Source: Girardia tigrina (taxonomy: Eukaryota). Taken from it: a DNA stretch of 64,000 nucleotides. The position numbers and the translations under genes are program-made. Below, one piece after another: positions 40,217 through 52,700 of this stretch; the stretch's first letter is position 1, and the number at the start of each line of letters is the position of its first letter. The notes under the pieces are model-generated. The model saw nothing but the letters and a program-made list of their open reading frames with translations. It did not search any database and was not told where the DNA came from. Location: NCBI GenBank assembly GCA_001938485.1, contig MQRK01228140.1, positions 1-64,000 on the forward strand, read 5' to 3'.

Positions 40217-42838
40217 TTAGGTTGGTCGAAAAAATAATGGCGGTTTTGGGACACAAACTTCAAAGACGTGCAAATTCACAGAAACAAAAGTTTATTAATC
40301 AAAGTATGAACCGTTGGCATCAATACATTTTTACCAACGAGAAACAAGTTGTTTTATTCTATCAGCATAAAATGCATCGGTTCTCGAAGCGACGAATTCT
40401 TGGAAGACATTTTGAGCATCATTTTGGTTTTTGAAAATTTTTTCACGTAGGAAGTTATACAAATGCCTGAAAAAGTAGACGTCCGTTTGCGAGAGGTCTG
40501 GTGAATATGGTGGATGAAGCAGGGTTTCATAGCCCAACTCATTAAGCTTTTGAAATATGAGGTCTAGCGTTATCATGAAGAAGGATGGGACTTTTTCGAT
40601 TGACCAATCCCGGACAAAGGGTTTTCAATTTTTTTGCTGGACAGGAATCCGTGTCTCCATGTTTTGGAAAGAGAAGAATTGTCTTTCAATTTATCATTTA
40701 AAGCACTCAGAGATTCTCCTCGTAGAATTACATCGTTAATTCTTTTCACCCTAATTCATTGAATATCATTCAAATTAGAATTAATTTGATTAAAGCTTAT
40801 TGGTGTTCGGGTGTAAACAGAAAATTAGTTCAAACTCGAATAGTCGAAGAACATTTTCCTTGGAGACTTTCTCGAAAACAGTATTAACACCAAAACCTAT
40901 CTGTTCGTGAAAACGACACACGTTAACGAGAGTATTCAGATTTGTTGCATCTAATTTGTCAAAATAATTCAGAAAAATGTACACCGCCGACCAATTATTG
41001 GCTGTTATGATTTTATTTATTTTTTTAAGAAGTCACTGGAATCTCTACACGATACGTTTATATTATCTTTCTCTTGAAATTCCAATTTGTATAAGATCTC
41101 ATTATATAATTTTTTAGTTTTTTTTAAATTCATTTAAACACTGACAAATTCTCTTTTTTTTAAATTGATTTAATTGTTTTAAAATTTTTTATTCCAACTT
41201 TCATTCAAAATTTAACTCACTTTTTTTAACCGAAATTGTTTTATTGTGACAAAATTTACATTTTTTAAAGACACACATGCACACCCAATTCACCAATCAT
41301 CACAAACATGCACACGACATTCCTGCACACACGTAATCATATTGGCAGAGTGAGTTAACCAAAAAAAGGAGGCTCACCATTTAATTTAAAATTTCCTCGA
41401 ATTAATCTCTCACATAATTACACATTAGTCAAACCATCGATTGATTTTGAAAATTATTTACGCATATATGTCGTTAATAATTCTTTTGAGGCGCTTGAAT
41501 TTTTTAATTCACTCGAATCAATAGATCGATGAGTAACAAATCGGAATCGGTGTCTATTTTCTGTCGACAGAAACCGTTAAATGATTAAAATATCTAGCCG
41601 TGTATCATTAAGAAATTGATGAATCTATTCGCGGATTCAAGGAAATAAATTCTGAACAAGATGTGATTGTTGACAATTATAGAAATATGAAAGAAAACAG
41701 CGATCAAATAAATCAATTCACTCATTTCTTTTGTTGTTTCTTTTTTAATATATTGCTTTTTTTAATTTAATTTATTTTATTTATTTAAACTTTTTTAATT
41801 ATTTTCTTTTATATAATTTATTAATTTAATTATATATTTTATTTATGAATTCCTGAAACTGGCAAAAATGTTCGGTCAAATCAGCAATTCTCCGCTCCAT
41901 ATGCATTTCATCAATTTCATGACAATACCTCTCCTGGATTCAAGAAACTAGTGGATGATTCCAGCATCACACCACCAAACTGTCACCATAACCTTACGGG
42001 GTGTTAGTTTCGGTTTTGGAAAGTGTTTCGGTACTTCATCTTTGTCCAACCACTGTGAAGATCGACGTCGGTTATCATAAAGGATCCATTTCTCATCACA
42101 GGTAACAATACGATAAAGAAATGGATCGTTTTTATTGCGAAGATGATTGACAGAACAAATTTCATAGCGTCGGTTCTTTTGATTTTCATTCAAATCATGT
42201 GGAACCCATTTATCAAGTTTCTTGATTTTTCCAAGTTGTTTTCACCAAGTTGTTTTCACTTAGTTGTTTTCACCAAGTTGTTTAAACTTATATACATATC
42301 AACGTAGATAAACAAAGTATAAAGCTCAAAAACCACCATTATTTTTCAATGATCCAGGACTGTTGAATGACTAATGCCCAACCCATCTGCAAGTTCTCTG
42401 ATTGTTGTACGGGGATCTGTTTCCACCATTGTCCTCAAATTGTCGTTCTTCACAGCAACTGGACGACCACGACCTTTTTCATCTGCAAGGTTTTCATCTC
42501 CATCAGAAAATTTTCGGAACCATCGTTGCACTGTGCGCTCAGAAGCTGTTCCCTAGCCAAACGCTTTATTGATATTGCGAGCCATTTCTGCTGCTTCCGA
42601 CCCAGTTTAAATTCGTACAAGAAAATTGCTCGAATTTTAATTTTTTCCATTATTAATTTAGCACCGTAAATATTCTAAAAAATAACAGCAATATGTTAAT
42701 AATGGCTATAGGAATATACAGCTAGGCATAAGATTTCAAATAATATCTAACACTAATGCATTTAAACTTATATACATATCAACGTAGATAAACAAAGTAT
42801 AAAGCTCAAAAACCACCATTATTTTTCGACCAACCTAA
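40217..42838 (-). mobile_element. Mariner DD34D, interrupted by a cargo element
   Basis: TIRs TTAGGTTGGTCGAAAAAATAATGG / CCATTATTTTTCGACCAACCTAA with TA; TCDEKW, LLHDNARPH, HPPYSPDLSQTD. Confidence 0.93.
40638..41899 (-). mobile_element. TGGA...TCCA element copy 2 (ORF-X cargo), TSD TTTGC/TATGC
   Basis: Same ~45-bp and ~165-bp termini as copy 1; splits mariner EIDEMH/KKLKTL; degenerate ORF at about 40790-41132. Confidence 0.87.
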
Positions 42839-44349
42839 TATATTAATTTATTTATATGATGAAAAACGTCTGTTTTGGAATAAATATAATAATAAAGGGT
42901 TTTTTTTAAAAACCTGTAATTTGATTTTATGTATGTTGAACAAAAAATTTTGTTATTCCAAAACACTGCTCATCATAAACCAAGATTCATCTTGGTCCTG
43001 AGAAATTTATAAACATTTCTAATTGTTTTCGCTTTCCTTCGATTAGTTGATTAATTTTATTTAAGTAAGAAGAAATTGGTGGAAACACTTCCCATGTTAT
43101 AAATATCATAATAATTATTATATAAATATCTGGATGGGCCTAAAGATGCGACCTGACCCGTCCCGGCAGTAAACATTACCGACATAAAATTCGGTTTGAC
43201 TGGTCGCCGGTTCGACAGTTCCACTCGTGGGNNNNGACCAAAGCGGGCCAAATATCTGCAGTGATTATTTTCTTCGCATTTCGTTTCATGTGAATTATCG
43301 AATGACTGGCGTTTCCGTCCGTTGACAGAAGAACGGGATCGTTGAATCGGAACACAGTCGAATCGAATTGGTGAATGCATTTCGCCAAATCACAAAAGAT
43401 GCAATCAGTCATTGAAGAAACACCGGTTAATGATTCTCGTGGATTTGATTTTTTGTTTGTGAAAATCATTTTAGAAAATCTTTCGGTTTAATGTGAAACC
43501 AGAACGAACGAATTTAACTTTAAAAGAAATTAAGTCGAAAAAGCATTTTTTTAAAGTTTTATTTAATTACTTAAATCATTAAAACAATATCGTTTTTTTT
43601 ATTATGGAATAATTTTTACACGAAAATTAACTTTTTTTATATTGAAAGAAAGTAAAATATTTTAACACAAAAAAAATATTTATTTTACAATGAGTATTTT
43701 TGTTGTGTTTTTTGTTTTTCCACAATTTCCAAGGCAGTGGCATTCATACCATAACCCTACTATAAGAACTATTTTACATATATCTATTTTATTTGTAACA
43801 GAATTGCACCTCAGGGTAATTTAAAAAAATACTATATCGATGATGTAGTTCCCTAATTATTTAGGAAATATAGTTAAAATTTTTAATAAAAATTTCTGTA
43901 TCTATGTGAGCATATGTTTTCTTTTCTATTTAATGGAGTATTCGGGGAGGTATTATATAATTTTCGTATGGAGGTACAACATTCCGTGCATAGTGACATT
44001 GCGTCATGCGGGAAAATAATGTAAGGCGGTAAATTTTAAAAATTAACTGCTGGAATCACTGACTGTAACCAAACTGAAATTCACTGTAATCAATCACCTA
44101 TTACTACAATTCAAAAGTCGCTAAAATTGTGGTAATTCATCGAAATCATATGAACATATAATTAGCCACACAATAAGTAAATTAAGGTTGTTGGGAGAGT
44201 TGCTGAGTTCATAAAATTTTTGAATTTACAATCTTATAAAATTAATAATTAAACAATTACATTCCGTAAAATATTGTTATTGTTGCGGCAGCAGTGCAGT
44301 GGAAGCACTTTTTTTTATTCGCCTTCGAAATGGATAGAGGACGTTCGTT

Positions 44350-44649
44350 ATCCTCTTTATCATCATTATTATTTAGTTCATTATTATTTTTATTATCATT
44401 TATATTTATATTAACATTTTTATTTTTATTATTCTTATCTTTATTATCATTTTTACTTTTATTATTTTTACTTTTATTAACATTTTTATTTTATTATTTT
44501 TATTTTTATTATTCTTATTATTATTCTTATCTTTATTATCATTTTTACTTTTATTATTTTTATTTTTATTAACATTTTTATTTTATTATTTTTATTTTTA
44601 CTATTATTATTATTATCTAGATTTAAATATCTATATACATAATAATAAT

Positions 44650-44690
<41 letters not shown>
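44350..44690. repeat. Low-complexity T/TTA tract plus (TA)n
   Basis: Direct reading. Confidence 0.9.
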
Positions 44691-44693
<3 letters not shown>

Positions 44694-45365
44694 GTCACCT
44701 TCAATCAGCATGCAGTCAATCACGTATCGATCGAAGTTCCCGTCCCATATGTCATTAATTGTATGAACGCGCTGACTGACTTGGGAATATTTGCCTATAT
44801 TTCTGAACACTTGATCTCCACTCTGCAAATTGAGGTAGGTATCGAATGGCGATGCCAGCAGAAATCGTGTCTATAAAGTCAAGGAACTCTTAACGATTAT
44901 TTCATTCACGATCACAAAATCGTCGATAACGTTCTCTAAGATCCGATTGTATACGTAGATCAGAACACAATTACCAATTTTATCCAATATTTTATTGGAA
45001 AAGCACTTGATCATCGTTTAACAAGAAATAATTAAAATTAATTTTAAGGAAATTAAAATTTCAATCGATTCGTAAATATTTTATGTTCCGCACGACATTC
45101 AGGTTGCCCCGAGAATCGGACGGATGCAGCAGGGTTGCACAGGGAAACTTTCTCGTTCTAAGTTCCTGATTATTACCATAATCGACACTAAAACCTAATT
45201 TCTGAACTTGTCTAAATACCGCTTGGCAGAAATGAAAATTGTTTTGATGAATCACTGTTTTGGAATTCGCTGTTTTGAGAATTCGCTGTTTTGTAATTCT
45301 CTGTTTTGATGATTCGCTGTTTTGACATTCGCTGTTTTGTAATTCGCTGTTTTCAGGTATAACCG
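44690..45365 (-). mobile_element. MULE/Mutator transposase remnant with a 17-bp subterminal repeat array
   Basis: FHFCQAVFRQVQKLG motif; (TTCGCTGTTTTG) x~7 at 45240-45355 ending GGTATAACCG. Confidence 0.7.
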
Positions 45366-45863
45366 TTTAGTATGTTGTTTTAGGATTGTGTTTCTCCCAC
45401 CCAGATGGAAGATTGATATTTTAAATATTTTAAAACGTCGGGTTGTTTAATCAATTATTAAAATTTAAATAATCACTTTAAAANNNNNNNNNNNNNNNNN
45501 NNNNNNNNNNNNNNNNNNNNNNNNNNNNNNNNNATTTAAATAATCACTTTAAAATTAAACTAATATTTCATAAAAAATATTTTAATAATATTTTCTTAAA
45601 ATAAATAAAAATTATTTTAAATTTAAATTATAAATAATTTTTGTAATAATTAAATTGTATTTTAAATTTGTTTGAAAAATAAGAGGCTAAAGAATATTAT
45701 TAAAGATTAGCAATCAAGAACGATGACGAGCTACACATTAATATTTTTAATATTTTATATATTTTATATAAAAACTTTTGTATTAATTTACCTTTCTTTG
45801 GCTTTAAAAACTAAATAATAATAAAATATTTGGGCAAAGTGCAAATTTAAACTTACTCCTCAT

Positions 45864-46509
45864 CTAGAGTTTGAAAGCGAGTGATTGTGATAGAATGTTT
45901 TGTATACAATTTGAGAGCATTTTGTGAACTTTCTTAATTCTTTTCTTCTGAAACTCTAAATAGACAATCGTGTTTGGCGATAATATTACTGGAACACTGA
46001 TGAGATACGCCATTTGTCCATAGGTAATTTTGAGAAAGATATAATTTTTGAGGAGCATTTCAGCGATTAATAAATGCTTCTCTAATTTAACTAGCTCAAG
46101 AGGAGTTTTATTGTCATTATTGTTTGATTCGAGAATACAATGTCTTTTGAGCAACAATTTAACTATTTCTATATATCCATTTTTACAAGCAATATGAATT
46201 GGTGTATCACCATTATTGTTTTGTATGTCTACATTACATTTCTTATCAAGAAGTAATTTAACTATTTCTACATTTTCATTTTCACAAGCATTATAAATTG
46301 GTGCCTCACCATAATTGTTTTGTACATCTACTCTACAATTCTTATCAAGAAGTTTACTTATTTCTTTACTTATATTCCAACAAGCAAAATAAATTGGTGT
46401 GTCAGCATTTTTGTCTGTTACATCTACATTACAATTCTTATCGAGAAGTAATTTAACTACATCTAAATTATTTTCTTGACAAGCGATAGAAATTGGTGCA
46501 TCGCCATAT
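45864..46509 (-). pseudogene. Start-less ankyrin-repeat paralogue of the ANK-RING gene (4 repeats + cap, different C-terminus, no RING)
   Basis: Open frame YGDAPISIACQENN...TPIYFACWN...APIYNACEN...TPIHIACKNG...LEFQK, preceded by in-frame TGA. Confidence 0.85.
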
Positions 46510-46519
46510 CATTGCAAAG

Positions 46520-49305
46520 TAAATTATTGCAATGTAATCATAATAAATAATATTCAGCTAACGGATAAATTATAGAACGACTTTTGAAAATAGGATGATA
46601 TATTTTGTAATAAAATCTAAAATTAAAATGAATCTGTAAAAGAAATTATTTTGATATATTTAAAAAATATAAAAAATTAATTTAAAACAATGTTTTAATA
46701 ATATTTAATGAAAATATATATTATTTATATTAGTAAAAACAAAAATTGTAAAAATTAAAATAAACTTTTTAAAAATATTTGTTTTATACATTTAAAATGA
46801 ATAAATAAAAATTTTCATTTTTAAAATAATTATTCACAAAATATGTTTTATGTAAAAATATTATTGTATCTTTTTTGAATTTTAAGTTTAAAAAAGTATC
46901 TATCATTTAATAATAAAATAAACATAAATTAATGTATTTAATATAAAAATTATGATATCTATTATTTTTTAATTTAATAATAACTATGCGTTATATTTTT
47001 AGAATAAAAAAGTACAAAAATAGAGATTAAAATTTATGATAATATTTGAAATTTATTATTTTTTGCTATAATCATATAAATGTTATGCAGTATATTTTTT
47101 TAATTAAATTAATGAATACTTTATTGTCTCTTCATTGAGAACATTTAAGTAGTGTAAAAACAAAGAAATAAGTTTTTTTATTTGTATGACAATATTCTAA
47201 TTTAAATTTAAAATATATTTTCGTAATATAATTGAAATAAATTATTATTTAAAAAAAATACTTTTTAAAAATAATAAAAATGAGATTTAAAATAATTTGT
47301 ATTATTTTAATTGATTATAAATAAAAATGCTTTAATGATTTAGAGTATGAAATATTATTTACGATATATAAATTAGAAATCGAATTAAAATTATTCTTAA
47401 TTTTGAGTTTTAAAATATTTAATCATGATTTAAAAAATAGTATTGACAATTATGACCAACGAACCATATTAAATATTTTGAAAAGTGTATTATAAATAAA
47501 TGATTATGATTTAATGGCTTTAATATATTTTGGTAAATGTTTTTGTAAATTGCAATGTTTTAAGTGATATTAATTGAAACTTCATTTTTCCATTTTTTTC
47601 ATTTTACTATTTTTTTCTTCCTAAAAAATGAATATTGATCAAATAAATGAAAGATTAAAACATTTTATATTTTATAAAATAATAGAAATGAGTATCATAA
47701 AAAAGCAGCTGCATTTCAAAATGAAGGGATCCCATTTAAAAATTTTGTCGATCAAATTGAGAAACCTATAATTAATGTAGCTGAAAATAAAAAAGTGATT
47801 ACTATAGAAGGTTATTTAACTAAAAAAAGCACTTGAAATAGAAGGTGATAAAAAAATAATGGCAATTGAACGACTTAAAGATGAAACAGACATACAAAAT
47901 AATACTAATAATATTGTTGGGTTAATCTGATGTTTTAAATATTTATAAAAAACCTCAATTGATTTTATAAAAAATATATTTTTATGTACAGTTTAATTAC
48001 AAGAAAAATAATGTTGGGGTATTAGAGTGATCGAACTTTATTAAAATGAAAATTAAAAAGTCGATAAGTATTTTACAATTATTTATTAAAAATTAAATCG
48101 ATTTAAAAATTACTGGAAGAGAGTAACGTGTGAGGCCTCATTAATAAGATCCATGGATCAAAAAATTAATATTCAAGCTTCACATTCAATTTTTCTGTTA
48201 AACATTTTCAAATAGTACATTTATTACATAATCATCATTCTCATATACAAGCTACAAAACTAATGTTAATTTAGTCTGAAGATGGCGGGTAATCAACCGA
48301 TATTAATAAAAATAAATTTTTATTTATTTTCATAATACACTTTTCAAAATATTTAATATGGTTCGTTGGTCATAATTGTCAATACTATTTTTTAAATCAT
48401 GATTAAATTTTTTAAAACTCAAAATTAAGAATAATTTTAATTCGATTTCTAATTTATTTATCGTAAATAATATTTTATACTCTAAATCATTAAAGCATTT
48501 TAATTTATAATCAATTAAAATAATACAAATTATTTTAAATCTCATTTTTATTATTTTAAAAAATATCTTTTTTTAAATAATAATTTATTTCAATTATATT
48601 ACGAAAATATATTTTAAATTTAAATTAGAATATTGCCATACAAATAAAAAAAACTTATTTCATTGTTTTAACACTACTTAAATGTTCTCAATGAAGAGAC
48701 AATAAAATATTCATTAATTTAATTAAAAAATATACTGCATAACATTTATATGATTATAGCAAAAAATAATAAATTTCAAATATTATCATAAATTTTAATC
48801 TCTATTTTTGTACTTTTTTATTCTAAAAATATAACGCATAGTTATTATTAAATTAAAAAATAATAGATATCATAATTTTTATATTAAATACATTAATTTA
48901 TGTTTATTTTATTATTAAATGATAGATACTTTTTTAAACTTAAAATTCAAAAAAGATACAATAATATTTTTACATAAAACATATTTTGTGAATAATTATT
49001 TTAAAAATGAAAATTTTTATTTATTCATTTTAAATGTATAAAACAAATATTTTTAAAAAGTTTATTTTAATTTTTACAATTTTTGTTTTTACTAATATAA
49101 ATAATATATATTTTCATTAAATATTATTAAAACATTGTTTTAAATTTATTTTTTATATTTTTTAAATATATAAAAATAATTTCTTTCACAGATTCATTTT
49201 ATTTTTAGATTTTATTACAAAATATATCATCCTATTTTCAAAAGTCGTTCTATAATTTATCCGGTAGCTGAATATAATATATTACGATTACATTGCAATA
49301 ATTTA
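46520..49305. repeat. ~975-bp inverted repeat arms (46520-47493 / 48332-49305) around an ~840-bp spacer
   Basis: Near-identical reverse-complement match, e.g. TTATAGAACGACTTTTGAAAATAGGATGATA versus TATCATCCTATTTTCAAAAGTCGTTCTATAA. Confidence 0.92.
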
Positions 49306-49742
49306 AATCGATTTGAGTAGTCATTATCCTTTATATCATATAAAATAACAGAATATTTCTATTAATATTTTCCAATAATCAATAGTATCTCGTTTGAGAA
49401 ATAAGAGAATGCAAAGAACTGATTTAAGATCAAGATCTGTTTTCATTTTAATAATATATTTAAATTATTTTTTAAAATTAATTGCGAAAAAAACATTTTT
49501 ACCTTTATTATCATTACATATTAATTTATTACATCGATGATTAAAGTTTTCTAAAAAATAAATCTTGTAAAATATAGAATTGTACAAGTGTGATAAAAAA
49601 CTATATTATTGAAAATATTTTTTAAGGGTACCATTTAAAAATAATTTAGGTTTTAAAAGCCAATCAAATTTGATCGAAATATAATTTTATTATTTAATAG
49701 TCTCTTGAAAACAATATTATTCACAAATTATAACTATTCACA

Positions 49743-52700
49743 ATGTTTGTAAAGTTTTTAAAATCAGAGAAGACGAAATGTAATTATTCATCAATACATT
49801 TTGCTTGTACGAAAGGACAAAAGGAAATGGTAAAATTACTTCTTGATAAGAATTGTAATGTCGACGAACAAAATGTACTAGGTAAGGCACCAATTCATAT
49901 TGCTTGTCAAAAAAATAATGTAGAAATAATTAAATTACTTCTCGATAAGAATTGTAATGTAGACTTAACAGACAAAAATGATAACACACCAATTCATATC
50001 GCTTGCCAAAATGAAAATGTAGAAATAATTAAATTACTTCTCGATAAGAATTGTAATGTAGACTTAACAGACAAAAATGATAACACACCAATTCATATCG
50101 CTTGCCAAAATGAAAATGTAGAAATAATTAAATTACTTCTCGCTAAGAATTGTAATGTAGATGTAACAGACAAAAATGATAACACACCAATTCATATTGC
50201 TTGTTGGAAGGGAAAAAAAGAAATAATTAAACTTCTTTTTGATAAGAGTTGTAGTGTAGACGTACAAAACAAATATGGCGATGCACCAATTCGTATAGCT
50301 TGTGAAAATGAAAATGTAGAAATAGTTAAATTACTTCTCGATAAGAATTGTAATGTAGATGTAACAGACAAAAATGATAACACACCAATTCATATCGCTT
50401 GTCGAAATGAAAATGTAGAAATAATTAAATTACTTCTCGATAAGAATTGTAATGTTGATGTAACAGACAAAAATGCTGAGACACCAATTCATTTTGCATG
50501 CTGGAATGGAAATAAAGAAATAATTAAACTTCTTCTTGATAAGAGTTGTAAAGTAGACGTACAAAACAAAAATGGCGATGCACCAATTCATATCGCTTTT
50601 CAAAAAAATAATTTAGATGTAGTTAAATTACTTCTCGATAAGAATTGTAATGTAGATGTAACAGACAAAAATACTGACACACCAATTCATATCGCTTGTC
50701 GAAATAAAAATGTAGAAATAGTTAAATTACTTCTCGATAAGAATTGTAATGTGGATGTAACAGACAAAAATACTGACACACCAATTCATTTTGCTTGTTG
50801 GAATGGAAATAAAGAAATAATTAAACTTCTTCTTGATAAGAGTTGTAAGGTAGACGTACAAAACAAATATGGCGATGCACCAATTCATTTCGCTTGTCAA
50901 AAAAATAATTTAGATGTAGTTAAATTACTTCTCGGAAAGAATTGTAATGTAGATGTAACAGACAAAAATGCTGACACACCAATTAATTTTGCATGTTGGA
51001 ATGGAAGTAAAGAAATAATTAAACTTCTTCTTGATAAGAATTGTAGAGTACATGTACAAAACAATTATGGCGAGGCGCCAATTCATATAGCTTGTGAAAA
51101 TGAAAATGTAGAAATAGTTAAATTACTTCTCGATAAGAATTGTAATGTAGATGTAACAGACAAAAATGATAACACACCAATTCATATTGCTTGTCGAAAT
51201 AAAAATGTAGAAATAGTTAAATTACTTCTCGATAAGAATTGTAATGTAGATGTAAAAAGCAGATATAGTGACACACCAATTCATATCGCTTGTCGAAATG
51301 AAAATGTAGAAATAATTAAATTACTTCTCGCTAAGAATTGTAATGTAGATGTAACAGACAAAAATGATAACACACCAATTCATATTGCTTGTCGAAATAA
51401 AAATGTAGAAATAGTTAAATTACTTCTCGATAAGAATTGTAATGTAGATGTAAAAAGCAGATATAGTGACACACCAATTCATATCGCTTGTCGAAATGAA
51501 AATGTAGAAATAATTAAATTACTTCTCGATAAGAATTGTAATGTTGATGTAACAGACAAAGATGCTGAGACACCAATTCATTTTGCATGCTGGAATGGAA
51601 ATAAAGAAATAATTAAACTTCTTCTTGATAAGAGTTGTAAAGTAGACGTACAAAACAAAGATGGCGATGCACCAATTCATATCGCTTTTCAAAAAAATAA
51701 TTTAGATGTAGTTAAATTACTTCTCGATAAGAATTGTAATGTAGATGTAACAGACAAAAATGCTGACACACCAAATCATTTTGCTTGTTGGAATGGAAAT
51801 AAAGAAATAATTAAAGTTCTTCTTGATAAGAGTTGTAGTGTAGACGTACAAAACAAAGATGGCGATGCACCAATTCATATCGCTTGTCAAAAAAATAATT
51901 TAGATGTAGTTAAATTGCTTCTAGATAAGAATTGTAATGTAGATGTAACAGACAAAAATACTAATACACCAATTCATATCGCTTGCCAAAATGAAAATGT
52001 AGAAATACTTAAATTACTTCTCAATAAGAATTGTAATGTAGATGTAACAGACAAAAATGATAACACACCAATTTTTATGGCTTGTTGGAAGGGAAATAAA
52101 GAAATAATTGAACTTCTTCTTGATAAGAGTTGTAAAGTAGACGTACGAAACAAAAATGGCGATGCACCAATTCATATCGCTTTTCAAAAAAATAATTTAG
52201 ATGTAGTTAAATTACTTCTCGATAAAAATTGTAATGTAGATGTAACAGACAAAAATGATAACACACCAATTCATATTGCTTGTCGAAATGAAAATTTAGA
52301 GATAGTTAAATTACTTCTCGATAAGAATTGTAATGTAGATGTAAAAAGCAGATATAGTGACACACCAATTCATATCGCTTGTCGAAATGAAAATGTAGAA
52401 ATAGTTAAATTACTTCTTGATAAGAAATGTAATGTAGACATACAAAACAATAATGGTGATACACCAATTCATATTGCTTGTAAAAATGGATATATAGAAA
52501 TAGTTAAATTGTTGCTCAAAAGACATTGTATTCTCGAATCAAACAATAATGACATTAAAACTCCTCTTGAGCTAGTTAAATTAGAGAAGCATTTATTAAT
52601 CGCTGAAATTCTCCTCAAAAAGAATATCTTTCTCAAAATTACCAATTCACAAATGGCATATCTCACCAATGTTCCACTAAGATTATCACCAAACACGATT

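Noticed and set aside
43057-43469. Overlapping ORFs with a CIFC motif
   Set aside because: Contain Ns and no recognisable family; probably a transposon fragment but not assignable.
44294-44704. Hydrophobic or Ile/Lys-rich ORFs
   Set aside because: Artefacts of low-complexity AT sequence.
45462-45554. Direct repeat ATTTAAATAATCACTTTAAAA flanking Ns
   Set aside because: Typical contig-overlap artefact at a scaffold gap.
49860-52500. Regular 99-bp repeats as a CRISPR-like or satellite array
   Set aside because: They are in-frame ankyrin coding repeats with no unique spacers.
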